Assembly (NCBI RefSeq): GCF_964204645.1
Contig: NC_134029.1
Span: forward strand, 12,488,850-12,552,849
Source: Tubulanus polymorphus
Taxonomy: Eukaryota > Animalia > Nemertea
DNA: 64,000 bases
Direction: 5' to 3'
Shown here: positions 1-12,435 of the stretch, in pieces
How positions within the stretch are numbered: the first letter of the stretch is position 1
Layout: each line of letters opens with the position of its first letter
Notes under the pieces: model-generated
What the model was told of the DNA's origin: nothing
Database searches by the model: none
Seen by the model: only the letters and a program-made list of their open reading frames with translations
Position numbers and translations under genes: made by a program

Positions 1-24
1 GAAAATGGGCGAAAAAGCGAAATT

Positions 25-705
25 TGTCGTGAAAACGTCACGATATATCGACATATTCATGTCGACTTGACGCGATATTTCGCGATATGTCGAAATAAAT
101 ATGGCGACTTGTCGAGTTGGAACGCGACATCTCGAGGCCCCTTATCGCTTCCGTACGTTGCATCGCAAGTTTCGATGCAAGTCGCTTGCAATACGATTGT
201 GTGCGACTAGTTTCTGCCAGTCGTAAGAGCGTGTCGGTTGGTTGTGACAGTCGTGTCGCGTCGCAGAAAGTAGAACACCTACTCCATGTGACTGGCGTTG
301 CTGAAAGATGAGGACGCCAGTGATATGACGACTGAGTTTCAAGTCGTCAAAACGTCACGATATGTCGACATATTCATGTCGAATTGATGCGATATATCGA
401 CATAAATATGGCGACTTGTCGAGTTGGAACGCAACAACTCGAGGCCCTTTATCGCTTCCGTAGATCTTTCATTCACGTAGATCTTTCATTCAAGTAGGAT
501 CACTTGAATGATCGCTTTAATATCACTTTAAAAAAAAAGAATCTGCCAAAATGACCTTAATATTCGACACTATATCTACGGAAGCGATAAGGGGCCTCGA
601 GATGACGCGTTCCAACTCGACAAGTCGCCATATTATTGTCGACATACCGCGATGTATCGCGTCAAGTCGACATGAATATGTCGATATATCGTGACGTTTT
701 GACGA
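25..705. repeat. Foldback/MITE-like inverted-repeat structure
   Basis: A ~125-bp arm (gtcgt.aaaacgtcacgata...atcgcttccgta) occurs directly at ~25-155 and ~343-463 and inverted at ~574-705. Positions ~156-305 match the interior of the MITE at 21889/44927. Confidence 0.6.
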
Positions 706-799
706 CATATTTCGTTTTCTCAACCAAGTGTTTGGCCTTCACCGTTTCAGAACCAAATTCAGCGAAGAATTACAGCAGAACCTTCAGAAAGTTTGGTCG

Positions 800-1727
800 G
801 AAGCGTTACGGAAAGTTACGAGAGAAATCAGACCAATCGGCATATTATTACGATAAAAAGGTCCATGGTTGCGCACTAGCAGTAGGTGATACTGTTCTAG
901 TTCGAAATGTCGGCCTGAAAGGTAGACAGAAACTAGCTGACAACTGGGAATCTGTACTGTATAAAGTAATCGAACAACCTGATGAGGACTTTCCAGTATT
1001 CGTTGTACAGGGTGAAGAAGGCAGGAAAAAACGGACATTGCATCGAAATATGCTGTTCCCCCTGGTATTTCTGGTAAGAGAGACTTTTGAATTGAAACAG
1101 CCTAAACCTGTAAAAGAAAAAGTTATGAAAAGGACGGGTGAGAGTAAATCAATTGAGGAAGAAACTGTAGATGAAACCAATGATTTTGACAGTCCATCTG
1201 ATAACAGTTCAGATGATCAAGTGGTTCTGATCACCATTTCGAAAGATTGTCCGGAGTTGTCTACACAGAATGAAGGTCATGAGATCTCAACTTCTGAGAA
1301 TTTACTCGAATCACCAGTCCTCGAGGATAACCGTAACCGTAGTCGTAGCAAAACAACAGATGAATCCAGTATTGTCCTGGAAAATAGAGACAACACTATT
1401 CGAGAACCATCACTACCTCCTGTGGACTCGCCTAATCAGAAAATGAATGTCAATAATGCGGAATTAGATGTAAATAATTTGAACTTAGACATACACGATG
1501 CAGAATCAGACGTAGATGATACGGAATTGAAAGAGACGTCCCCGGAAGTTCCAATAAAACGTTCGACACGAGTTCGAAAGCCTCCGGTTAAATTACAGAA
1601 TTATGTAGTAGGAGCGACGACAGTTTCTGACTGGCAACTTAAAGCTGAGATGTTACTCTCTGTGGCCAAGGATCCTGCCATCGCATCAAATCCGTTGATT
1701 TTGCAATCCTTACTATCTGTAATCTAG
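800..1727 (+). pseudogene. 3' fragment of Ty3/Gypsy pol (integrase C-terminal SH3-like region and acidic tail)
   Basis: YYDKK...LAVGDTVLVRNVGLKGRQKLADNWE...RTLHRNMLFP and RSTRVRKPPVKL are typical Gypsy integrase tail motifs. The first ~55 codons of ORF 636..1727 read through an unrelated repeat; the start is approximate. Confidence 0.8.
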
Positions 1728-2069
1728 CAACGCTGAACATTTAGTATGTGTATATATAGAAAAAAAAAAACAGAATGAAAACCAGTATTGACATGTCTGA
1801 GGCATCTGAGATGACGATTGAGATGATGACATGTTAGGAATTAATCTGCAGCAAGTTGACTCATGACTGGTTGTGAGTTTACGTCTGGGTAATAAACGGT
1901 TGACTTAAAGTATGAGTGGCACAGGTACATTAAGTAGTGAGTTTACATGGGATGTATTTTGATATCCTTTGGTATTGTGGTTAGGATAATTTTTTTTTGG
2001 TTTTTGTCTTCTAGATAGTGAACATTGCGAAAACATTGAGACTATGTTTTTTTTTAAGTCAGAGGAGAG

Positions 2070-2348
2070 TGTGGCAGAGTGGGTTCATGTCGGTTTCGGT
2101 TGATACTTAGCCTGTTTTCGATTATGGAGGGCGCCACTCTGTAAGATGTCCTCTTTGAAAGAAGAGGCATTCTCGACGTTCGTTTAATAAACTCTTTTAT
2201 TATTAGTTTACATTCCCTCTGTCTTTTAGAATTCTTTGGAATCAGCTGTTTTCCCGTAGTGGACTCTGAGGCTCGGGACCATCTGTGGTATATCCCACCA
2301 CTACTTCAAAACCTCACACGGATCGCGCGAAGGAAAAACACTGTGACA
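2070..2348 (+). mobile_element. Probable 3' LTR of the Gypsy fragment
   Basis: Purine tract agaggagag (2061-2069) directly before TGTGGCAG; ends CTGTGACA; internal AATAAA near 2187. Confidence 0.6.
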
Positions 2349-3544
2349 TATTCATTGTATTAAAATATTTTCAGGTCAGCAGTAACGTATGTTAATGACG
2401 TTTTGCTTAAAAAGGCCATTTGTTTATTGGTGTCAACCTACCGAAACATCACATACAACGAGGCTGATATTCTTTGAAGAAGAACAGAGGCCAAAAAACT
2501 AAAAGATGTACAACGACTAATGTCCAAATACTTCTCGCCACTGAAGAGTGAAGCAGTTTTCGATTCTGAAATGGGAAGCTGTTGTAGATTGGTTATCCCA
2601 TAATGATTGTATTCTATGGAATAAGTTTTCTTGTTGCGATAGATTTTTGGATTGCTAGAGATGGTCTTTGCTAAATTTTGGTAATGGTTTTAATAGGAAT
2701 CAGAATGTGACATGGATGTTTGAATTGTTAAAATGCTGTCCAGTGTTCTTATAAATGTGTGTAGTAGCCTATAGAAGTTGTTTGCAATGATGTTTCAGAA
2801 GTTATGAATGATGGTTGAAAGATTCCAGCCGGGGCCGAGATGGTTTTGTAAATTGTAGTTAATTAGTGAATCGTTTTATCTGCCTGTGTTTGTTGTCGAT
2901 GTCTTATGCTGTGTAATACTTCGTGTTAAATATTTTTTTTGTATTGTGTCTTTACAGACAAGGGCGTTTTCTGTCATCCAATATGAAATTGATAATTTTT
3001 GGTTCAAATTATAATAGTCTATCCAGAATTGGGAAATATTGCGGAAGAGTAAAAGGGGAAATATGAAAGAATTGATGATAACCTTTTTTACCGTGTAAAG
3101 TAATAATTAATAATTGAATGATACGTAATAATTTAGTTTGGCGACAAAGATTTAGTAATCTAAAATGCTAAATTGATTTCGAATTCCAACGTATGTTGTT
3201 TATGTTCAAATATGAATAATATAGTCTTCGAATGTAATATGGTTTACAGATTTTTATAAATAAATAACTGAACATAATTTCACATATATACGATTTGTTT
3301 TATGTTTTAAGGGGAAATAGCCAATTTGGCTTTTAGTACGTACATCCAGCCATCATTATACGCATATTGTTGAAATAATAATTTCTTGTTGTAATTTTTA
3401 TATATGGCAAAAATACATTATCATTATGAACATGGGACTCAACATTGACAAAGTGGACAATTTCATTAGGTCTACCAATCGTAGAACAGTGGATCCAGCC
3501 AACGGAGGGCGAAGGACTCAAGCAACTAAATCGAGGCCGGGTAG

Positions 3545-4078
3545 AAACCTGTCCTCTCACGGGACAGTATTTAAAATCGGGTCCTCTCACGGGACAGTGT
3601 GTTGAACCGGGTCCTCTCACGGGAGAGTGTGTTGAATCGGGTCCTCTCACGGGACAGTATTTAAAATAGGGTCCTCTAACGGGACAGTATTTAAAATCGG
3701 GTCCTCTCACGGGACAGTGTGTTGAATCGGGCCCTCTCACGTGACCTTATTTGAAACCAGGTCCTCTCACGGGACAGTAAGTTGATTTGGGTACTCTCAC
3801 GGGACAGTATTTAAAATCGGGTCCTCTCACGGGACAGTGTGTTGAACAGGGTCCTCTCACGGGACAGTAAGATGATTCGGGTCCTCTCACGGGACAGTAA
3901 GTTGATTCGGGTCCTCTCACGGGACAGCATTTAAAATCGGGTTCCTTCACGGGACAGTATTTAAAATCGGGTCCTCTCATGGGACTGTATTTAAAATAGG
4001 GTCCTCTAACGGGACAGTATTTAAAATCGGGTCCTCTCACGGGACAGTATTTAAAATCGGGTTCCTTCATGGGACAGT
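3545..4078. repeat. 30-bp minisatellite, ~18 copies
   Basis: Unit gggtcctctcacgggacagtatttaaaatc with variants; abuts the terminus of element A. Confidence 0.95.
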
Positions 4079-4410
4079 AGTAATTGGAAGATGTGGGTTT
4101 CATACCAGAGTACGAGAGTACGAGACACCACTCATCACAGCTAGGCCGAGAACGGTCAACAGCGTTGTGATACACATATACAGTGAGTGCGCGTAACAAC
4201 AGCTGCGCGTGGATAGATCGATACAGTGAGGCGCTACTGAGAACGGTTATTAACGCGTGTGCTATTACTGTAGTACAGTGATTGCGTGTCAACTGTGCCC
4301 AGATAAATAGATGCTGTGAGGCTTGGGTGAGAACGGTTAATAGCGTGTTTGTTATATACAGGGGGAAGTAATCCCCACTCATCACCACAAGTAATTTGTT
4401 TTCCTTATAA

Positions 4411-4737
4411 ATGGGAGATAGAAAAGCATTCTTAGCAACAATAAATAACAGAATAAAACCAGCAAAAAAACAATTTGAAATAAAAAAGTTAGTTGATGTT
4501 ACAAAAGAAATTGAACATAAAATATTGAAATTAGAAAAGATAAAAACTAAATATAGAGAGAAAGTATCAGCTAATTTAAGCTACTGCAATGTTAGTACAT
4601 CGCGAGAATTTAAAGTATTTTTACCTGATAAATGGACTTCATTGAGTACAGAGGAATTAAAAGATTTAGAAGGATTTAAAATAATCTATCATGGAAAAAA
4701 TGAAGATGGTCACCATAATTTAGAAATTGTTGATTAA
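4411..4737 (+). CDS. Polinton hypothetical protein, homolog of 26964..27317
   Basis: Shared motifs FKVFLPDKW/FRTYLPDRF and GKNEDGHHNLE/GKNEKGHHEID; TAAATG start. Confidence 0.75.
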   Translation: MGDRKAFLATINNRIKPAKKQFEIKKLVDVTKEIEHKILKLEKIKTKYREKVSANLSYCNVSTSREFKVFLPDKWTSLSTEELKDLEGFKIIYHGKNEDGHHNLEIVD

Positions 4738-4912
4738 ATTTAAAAAAAATAAATTAATAAAAATAATGAATATCTAGAATCCGAAATGACTTATCCGGAC
4801 AATTTAATTGCTCCGCATAGAAAGACAAAAGTAGTGAGATGGTGCCGTATGGCACCCACATGGTGATATTCAATTAATTAAAAAATTATCTTTCTGCTTT
4901 TTTTCTAAAATA

Positions 4913-5803
4913 TTAATCCATTTTTTTTATTATCAATTTTGGAATTTCAGAAGTATTTTCATTTTTGATAGCAGTTGTTTCAGAATTATTAATATCATGA
5001 ATCTTATTTGATTTCTTATACCAATTACACCCAATCAAAATGAATACAATTACAAATCCAACTGTAAAATATAGACATTTATCAAATATTCTATTATTAG
5101 AAGGAGTAGAAATAACAATATTTTCACCATTTTTATTAACATTTTTATTACTTATTTTTTCTTTTACAGCTTTTTTATATTCTTGTGATTTAATTCCTAA
5201 TTGCCGAGACCATTCAATTTTTTCTGTGATCTCGGTTTTTTCTTCACTTCTTCCACCTTGTTCATTTATTATAGAAATATTTTTACTTTCAATATTTGAA
5301 AATGTTATAACTCCAGTTGATAATAATGTCATAAATCCGCCTAATTGAAATGATAAATATCCAATCCATTTATTTAATTCGGTCATAACTAAATAATCAT
5401 TTTTTAAATCAGCATATAATCTATTTTCATCTTCAATTGGTAGTATATAATTACATAATTTACTATAACCTTTTACTACATTTTCTGATATCGCGTCATT
5501 AATTCTAGCTGTTCTCGCGGCTTCATAAATCTTAAATAATTTAATAATTTCATCTGATTTCATTGTATCTAATTCATTATAAGTTAAATTTTTACCGACA
5601 AACTTTTTACATTTTCCAGATGCTATTAATATTTCTAATTGATGATTACAATAAAGATAATATTCATAATTATTATTTGTTGTAACATTATTTAAAGCAC
5701 CATCATCTGGAATTAATTTGTTTTCTGTTATTCCTAAATCATCTAAAGTTTTTTCAATTGGAACATCACCATTTTTAGATTTTATTTTCTTTTCACCTAC
5801 CAT
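4913..5803 (-). CDS. Two Polinton hypothetical membrane-protein genes fused by a 1-nt frameshift
   Basis: N-part matches 35509..36111 (IEKTLDDLGI, LKNDYLVMTEL). An internal ATAAATG at 5265 opens MNKVEEVKKKPRSQK, matching the start of 35034..35516. Confidence 0.7.
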   Translation of the reverse strand: MVGEKKIKSKNGDVPIEKTLDDLGITENKLIPDDGALNNVTTNNNYEYYLYCNHQLEILIASGKCKKFVGKNLTYNELDTMKSDEIIKLFKIYEAARTARINDAISENVVKGYSKLCNYILPIEDENRLYADLKNDYLVMTELNKWIGYLSFQLGGFMTLLSTGVITFSNIESKNISIINEQGGRSEEKTEITEKIEWSRQLGIKSQEYKKAVKEKISNKNVNKNGENIVISTPSNNRIFDKCLYFTVGFVIVFILIGCNWYKKSNKIHDINNSETTAIKNENTSEIPKLIIKKMD

Positions 5804-5834
5804 TTATATAACAAAAAAATTAGTTGTGATGTTG

Positions 5835-6105
5835 CAACTAGAATTCAACTAGAATGTAACTAGAATTCAACTAGATTAACAAGCTAGTTGAAATATTGTT
5901 GTTTTTGTTTATTTCTTGTTAAATCTAGTTGATTTTTGTTCCAACTACTAACAACTAGAATTCAACTAGAATGTAACTAGAATTAAACTAGATTAACAAG
6001 CTAGTTAAAATATTGTTAAATCTAGTTGATTTTTGTTCCAACTACCAATAACTAGAATTCAACTAGAACGTAACTAGAATTCAACTAGATTAACAAGCTA
6101 GTTGA
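5835..6105. repeat. Intergenic short repeats (caactagaatt), three blocks
   Basis: caactagaattcaactagaatgtaactagaattcaactagattaacaagctagtt occurs at ~5836, ~5953 and ~6048. Confidence 0.85.
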
Positions 6106-6107
6106 AT

Positions 6108-6715
6108 TTAAATAAATTCATATTTAAATGGGTGTTGTAATATAAATAGTAATTTTGATCTTTTAATATTTTTCAACTTATCCATATATTCATTATGTAA
6201 ATCATGTGGAATAATATCATTTTCCTCAAGTGCATTTTTCATCGATTTTCTATCTTTATTGTAGAATAAAACTAGAAATCTAATGTTTTCTCTAAAGTCT
6301 TTAACAATTGAATTATATTTTTGATTTAAAACCTAAGTTGTTATCCCAAAACGTCTGCTAGAAAAAGCTAAATAGCACAACTCACTTTCTCTAACTTTTG
6401 AATCATGTAGATTAGCACAATCATCTATAATGAATAATGTATTTGATCCTTTATAAATATCTATTGCTATTTTAATACAATTATCTAAATTTTCTTTTAC
6501 CGTTTTAGGATCTAATATAATAAATTTATTATTTCTAGTAATATTTCTATCATAAGTTTGATTAAATTCATATGTTGGACATATAATACTATATTATCAA
6601 AATAGTTTTCATAAACAGTTTCTAATAAATTTAATTTAAAATAAGTTTTTCCACAATTTGTTACGCCAGAAATTAACATATTATGAGGCTTAAATATAAA
6701 TAATTCCTTATTCAT
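6108..6715 (-). pseudogene. A32/FtsK-like packaging ATPase (element A)
   Basis: Walker A GVTNCGKT, Walker B LFIIDDC; frameshift near 6585 and a TAG at ~6333; colinear with 33337..33949. Confidence 0.9.
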
Positions 6716-7638
6716 TTATATATTTTTAATTTTACTTGATAATATCCATTCATTGAATTTATCCGGCCATCCAACCCATTTTACTAAAGAATATTTTTTT
6801 CTTTTAATAGTTTTTGTTTTTAATACTTTTTCAATTTTATATTCTTGTTCTAGATTCTCAGTAGTTAAACTTAATTCTTCTTCGTAAAAGTAGCCATCAA
6901 CTTCTTCACCATCTAAATCTTCTAATTTATAGACATATGGTTTTGTTGTTATTACCTTTTTTATTTTATATATTTCTCTAGTAAAATTTCGATCGTATCC
7001 TTTATCAAATATCTTTTTATACTTAGAAATTCTAACATTTTGACCAACTCTAAATTTAGGTTCACCAAAATCATCTACAAGAAATGCTCCATATAAATTA
7101 TTCCAAACAATTTCAGCATTTTCAGGTTTTCTAGCATCAATAGGTTTCATTCCAATAGAAGAATGATAAGAATTCTTAAATCCTTCTATCAATTTTGGTA
7201 AAACATCAATCCATTTAAAAGTATTATTTGCTGTAAAATATTTCCACATTCTTGTTCTTAATGTTCTATTAAATCGTTCAACAACTGCCGCTTTTTTATC
7301 CGATTTTGTTGAAAAATATTTAATATTATGATTATCTAAGAGTTCATGAACAAGTGAATTATCAAATTCTTTTCCATCATCAAATTGTATTTTTTCTGGT
7401 TTTAGTTTATCATCCGAAAGAAATTTTCTTAAAACATTTGATGTTTGTACAGCATCTTTTCTATAAAGTGGGAAGCTCCATAAATAACGACTAAAAATAT
7501 CAATTATATTCAACAACCACCAATAATCATCATTATCTTTCTTAACATTTTTCATATCAATTAAATCTCCTTGCCACTGTTGATCTACATAACTTACCAT
7601 AGTTTTACGAGTTTTATATTTTCTAACAATTTTTTTAT
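6716..7638 (-). pseudogene. Retroviral-like (rve) integrase with chromodomain, 5'-truncated
   Basis: QWQGDLID, QFDDGKEF, VVERFNRTL (DDE triad); C-terminal YKIEKVL...LVKWVGWPDKFNEWI. The listed ORF start lies in satellite DNA. Confidence 0.92.
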
Positions 7639-7639
7639 C

Positions 7640-8720
7640 AATTGTCGCAGGCAACAAAACCAAACTAATGAATTGTCGCGGGCGATAAAACCAAAATAAT
7701 AAATTGTCGCAGGCGATAAAACCAAAAAAATGAATTGTCGCGGGCGATAAAACCAAAATAATGAATTGTCGCGGGCGATAAAACCAAAATATTCAATTGT
7801 CGCGGGCGACAAAACCAAACTAATGAATTGTCGCGGGCGATAAAACCAAAAAAATGAATTGTCGCGTGCGATAAAACCAAAATAATGAATTGTCGCGGGC
7901 GATTAAACCAAAATATTGAAGTGTCGCATGCAATAAAACCACGACAAAAAGAAAAAAAAAATGTCGCGAGCGATAAAACCAAAATAATGAATTGTCGCGG
8001 GCGATAAAACCAAAATATTGAATTGTCGTGGGCGACAAATCCAAAAAATGAATTGTCGCGGGCGATAAAACCAAAATCTTGAATTGTCGCCATTGTCGCG
8101 TGCGACAAAACCAAAATAATGAATTGTCGCGGGCGATAAAACCAAAATAATGAATTGTCGCGGGCGATAAAACCAAAATATTAAATTGTCGTGGGCGACA
8201 AAACCAAAACATTGTTTTGTCGCGGGTGACAAAACCAAATTAATGAATTGTCGCGGGCGATAAAACCAAAATAATGAATTGTCGCGGGCGATAAAACCAA
8301 AATAATGAATTGTCGCTGGCGATAAAACCAAAATATTGAATTGTCGCGGGCAACAAATCCAAAAAATGAATTGTCGCGGCAGAAAAACCAAAATCTTGAA
8401 TTGTCGTGGGCGACAAAACCAAACTAATGAATTGTTGCGGGCGATAAAACCAAAATAATGAATTGTCGCGGGCGATAAAACCGCGACAAAAAAAAATTGT
8501 CGCAGGCGATAAAACCAAAATAATGAATTGTCGCGGGCGATAAAACCAAAATAATGAATTGTCGCGGCCGATAAAACCAAAATATTGAATTGTCATGGGC
8601 GACAAAACCAAAATATTGATTTGTCGCGGGTGACAAAACCAAATTAATGAATTGTCGCGGGCGATAAAACCAAAATAATGAATTGTCGCGGGCGATAAAA
8701 CCAAAATAATGAACCAAAAT
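7640..8720. repeat. 31-bp satellite array 1 (~35 units)
   Basis: Unit aaaaccaaaataatgaattgtcgcgggcga(t/c). Confidence 0.97.
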
Positions 8721-8804
8721 TATTGTTTTGTCGCGTTATTTTAGTTTTGTGGTTTTGTCATAACGTCGCCCTCATTTGCATATACGTGTTTTTTTTACGC
8801 ATGG

Positions 8805-10503
8805 ACCTTATCAGCCACCATACTAAAGCCTTAAGGTCGCGTAAAACTCGATAAACACTTCAAGCGACACAGCGAACGATCTCCTTTCCCCTACAGCGAA
8901 CGCTTAACCTAGTAGAGGCTACTAGCCTATGTAGGCCTATGTATATGCGTAGGCCTAACATCCGGACAGATTGGTCGTAGGCCTATTGAATTTAACAACC
9001 CACCTAAATATCGTAAATTTTGTTTTGAAGTTCAATCCAATGACTCCGTTAATAAACGCAACAATTGTACTGTGTTTGTTTGATACAGTAAAGCTCAGTA
9101 CCGGTAGGCCTAAAGCCGCGTCAAACTCGATAAACACTTCAAGCGACACAGCGAACGATCCCTTTCCCCTACAGCGAACGCTTAACTTAGTAGAGGCTAC
9201 TAGCCTATGTAGGCCTATGTATATGCGTAGGCCTAACATCCGGACAGATTGGTCGTAGGCCTATTGAATTTAACAACCCACCTAAATATCGTAAATTTTG
9301 TTTTGAAGTTCAATCCAATGACTCCGTTAATAAACGCAACAATTGTACTGTGTTTGTTTGATACAGTAAAGCTCAGTACCGGTAGGCCTAAAGCCGCGTC
9401 AAACTCGATAAACACTTCAAGCGACACAGCGAACGATCCCTTTCCCCCACAGCGAACGCTTACTCCGAATGTCAAGTCAGTCCAGCATACGGATAGGAGT
9501 GTGTTATATACTTGTATTTAGTAAATAACTTGTGCATTTGACAATGATCGGTATGTACTGTAGGAAATATAGAGTATTGATGGTATTGATATAGAGGTTG
9601 AAGCCCGCGGCCGAATAAAGTAATATATTCTTTTATTTTGATACCTCGTCGACATAACAGCTTTTCTCCGCTATATCTCTTCGGCGTGTTTAGTTTAGGC
9701 CTACGATTGCCCGGTACACTAAAGATTTATCTTAGTAAATACACGGTTAATTCGGTAAAGAAAAATATGTATTGTTATACTAACTCCTTGAAACTCGCAG
9801 CCAAATCACTGGTAGTAATAAATTAATTTGTACTCGATTTGATTCTCATGATGAGGAGAAACTCGCAGCTGATCCCCGGAACGACGATGTAGTAACACAC
9901 GTCGATTTGTCGATGTTTACGGCTTGACAGTGCTTTTAAAATCTAAAGTAGTAAATTTCAAGTGTATCGATTTGATTATGATTTGATGAGGAAAATGGGC
10001 TATTGTTAAAATCACTGTTTGAAGACCGCGACTGAATTTGAAGTCTGCGGCAATAAATTAGTTCATTTATACTTGAATTGATAATCGAAGTGACAGTCGG
10101 ACTGCGGGTTGATTTCGGGATAACGACTCGAAAAACATGTCGCCCCATTGAATGGGGCTAAATTTTCGATGTTTACGGCCCGACAGCGCTTTTGTAACGA
10201 TGATTCGTGAAAAAACACGCGGGCTATTTGTAGATCTCAGTGAGCTGAACGATATTATATGGATTGTATATGAAACAGCGGTAAGGTAACAAAGCCTATG
10301 TTCTTTTGGTAAAAATAGTGTGGAAGAAAATAATAATAAAAATAATCACGCGGATATCAATAGGGTTTTCTGTGAAATAACAGAAAACCCTAATAATAAT
10401 GATCACGCGGATATCAATAGGGTTTTCTGTGAAATAACAGAAAACCCTAATAATAATCACGTGGATATCAATAGGGTTTTCTGTGAAATAACAGAAAACC
10501 CTA
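8805..10503 (+). mobile_element. Partial (3') copy of the composite Helentron-like repeat, with internal 278-bp tandem duplication and triplicated terminal hairpin
   Basis: Colinear with 45470-46667. ORFs 8955/9233 and 8971/9249 are offset by 278. agggttttctgt-gaaata-acagaaaaccct occurs three times at 10362-10502. Confidence 0.7.
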
Positions 10504-10866
10504 ACAAATATAGCTGCAAAGCAGCGATAACGGGTTTTCTGCACAGTCTTAGAATCCTGTTCAACGGGGGATTTCAACAAAGCATTTTATAAGGCTCAAC
10601 ATCAGCCATTACTAAACAGGCTATTAGGAAACAGTATCAATTATAGGTCGCCCAAATGGCTCAGCAGTTATCTCTGAACGGAAACTTGTAACCGAAATCA
10701 ACGGAACGCCTCATCTTGGAATGAGACAGTCTAACTAGTGAAGTCACGCAAGGTAGTATCCTAAGTCGTCTTCTGTTTAATGTCCTGACAAATGACATAC
10801 ACAGTAATCCAAAATATACCAGACCGAGTTCGACCACACTGTTCGACCAAGAAACTTAATGTTCCG

Positions 10867-11170
10867 ACAAAACCACGGGCGACAAAACCAAAATTATGAA
10901 TTGTCGCGGGTGACAAAAACAAAAATATTGAATTGTCACGGGCGACAAAACAAAAATAATGAATTGTCGCGGGCAATAAAACCAAAATAATGAATGGTCG
11001 CGGGCGGTAAAACCACAATAATGAATTGACGCGGGCGTTAAAACCAAAATATTGAATTGTCGCGGGCGATAAAAGCAAAATAATGAATTGTTGCGGACGA
11101 CAAAAACAAAATATTGAATTGTTGCGTGCGACAAAACCAAAATAATGAATTGTCGCGGGCGACAAAACCA
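10867..11170. repeat. 31-bp satellite array 2 (~10 units)
   Basis: Same unit as array 1. Confidence 0.95.
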
Positions 11171-12429
11171 AACTAGGGGTCCAGGGACACCATGCTCACT
11201 TGGGAAATGGTTTCAAATGCTCAACAATCTGACAATTTCAATACATAACGCCCTCTAGTGACCATATACAAAAACCAATGACATTGAAAGCCACAACTAT
11301 CATAGAACATGTGAGCAGCTTTGATTTTGTAATTGATTGTGATAACAAAATATGCCTCGTTACCAATTTAATATGGAAATACTAAGCCATTCTACTATTC
11401 AGCGCCCCCTGGTGACTATATGGAATAACTAATGTCCTTAAAAACTCACCACAATCATAGACGATGTCATGAACTACAACTTTGCAATGGATCATGGTAA
11501 CAAACTATGCCTAGGTACCAATCTAATAAGGAAAAACTAAGCTTTTCTACTATTCAACGCCCCCTGGTGACTATATGGAATAACTAATGTCCTTAAAAAC
11601 TCACCACAATCATAGGCGATGTCATGAACTACAACTTTGCAATTGATCATGGTAACAAAATATGCCTTGGTACAAATATAATATAGCAATACTAAGTTAT
11701 TGTATTATTCAACGCCCCCTGATGGCCACATACAAAAACAAATGACCTTGAAACTCACCAAAATCATAGAACACGTTATGGGCTACAACTTTCCAATTAA
11801 ATATAGTAACACAATATACTCAGGTATCAATTTAATGTGGAAAAACCTTTTCCCACCTTCGAATGAGTAGTGATGACACCAAGATGGCCGCCAATTGCGT
11901 CATAATTGGCTGATCAAAAATACCTGTCCCAGGTATAAAATACCCCTCTCTAAAGAAAACCCATCAGCAATTGCAATGAGAAATGGCAAACCAGTAGGAA
12001 CCTACATGACCTAGAATTCTGGCCAAAATTGACATTTTTGGGCACTAAAAAGGTCATAGGACGGCCATCTTGAGTCAGATCGACCCAATTTTCATATGCT
12101 GATGGGCCTTTGGTAGATTCAAATATAAACGAAAGATCAAGGTAATTGATCAAAGCGTCTTCAAAATTTCCCACGAAAACTTCGAAAATGTTTAAAAAGT
12201 GCTGATTTTGGCAAACAACAATGGCTGCCAGTCGGCCATCTTGAATCTGACAGGGCCAGTTTTTGGGCTGACGATGTGTCTAGGGTAGATACATGTATGA
12301 ACCAAATATCAAGACATTACCTTGAAGCGTCTTCAAAACTTCCAAAAATAACTGGATTCCGTCTATGGACGGCGACCGGACGAAAAGTGAACACAATAGC
12401 CCGCTGGGACTAAAGTCCCAAGTGGACTG
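11171..12429 (+). mobile_element. Non-autonomous Helentron/DINE-like element inserted in the satellite
   Basis: Starts AACTAG; four ~154-bp internal repeats (~11247, 11401, 11556, 11710); gacgg-type short repeats, then hairpin gggact-aa-agtccc and an A-run; no TSD. Second copy at 39891. Confidence 0.7.
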
Positions 12430-12435
12430 AAAAAG

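Larger units (their letters stand above)
4079..7638 (-). mobile_element. Polinton/Maverick element A: truncated right end of the family-C type, inverted
   Basis: Terminus AGTAATTGGAAGATGTGGGTTTCATACCAGAG matches the C terminus at 49960. Integrase and ATPase DNA are nearly identical to the reverse complement of 63045-64000. Cut by satellite at 7639. Confidence 0.9.

Noticed and set aside
2349-3540. Possible decayed coding sequence
   Set aside because: No long ORF or recognisable motif; left unannotated.
3333-4388. CPVRGPDFKY repeat proteins
   Set aside because: Translation of the 30-bp minisatellite running across an element junction.
4913-5803. Natural gene fusion in family C
   Set aside because: An internal TAAATG start and shifted homology show a 1-nt indel near 5220 explains it.
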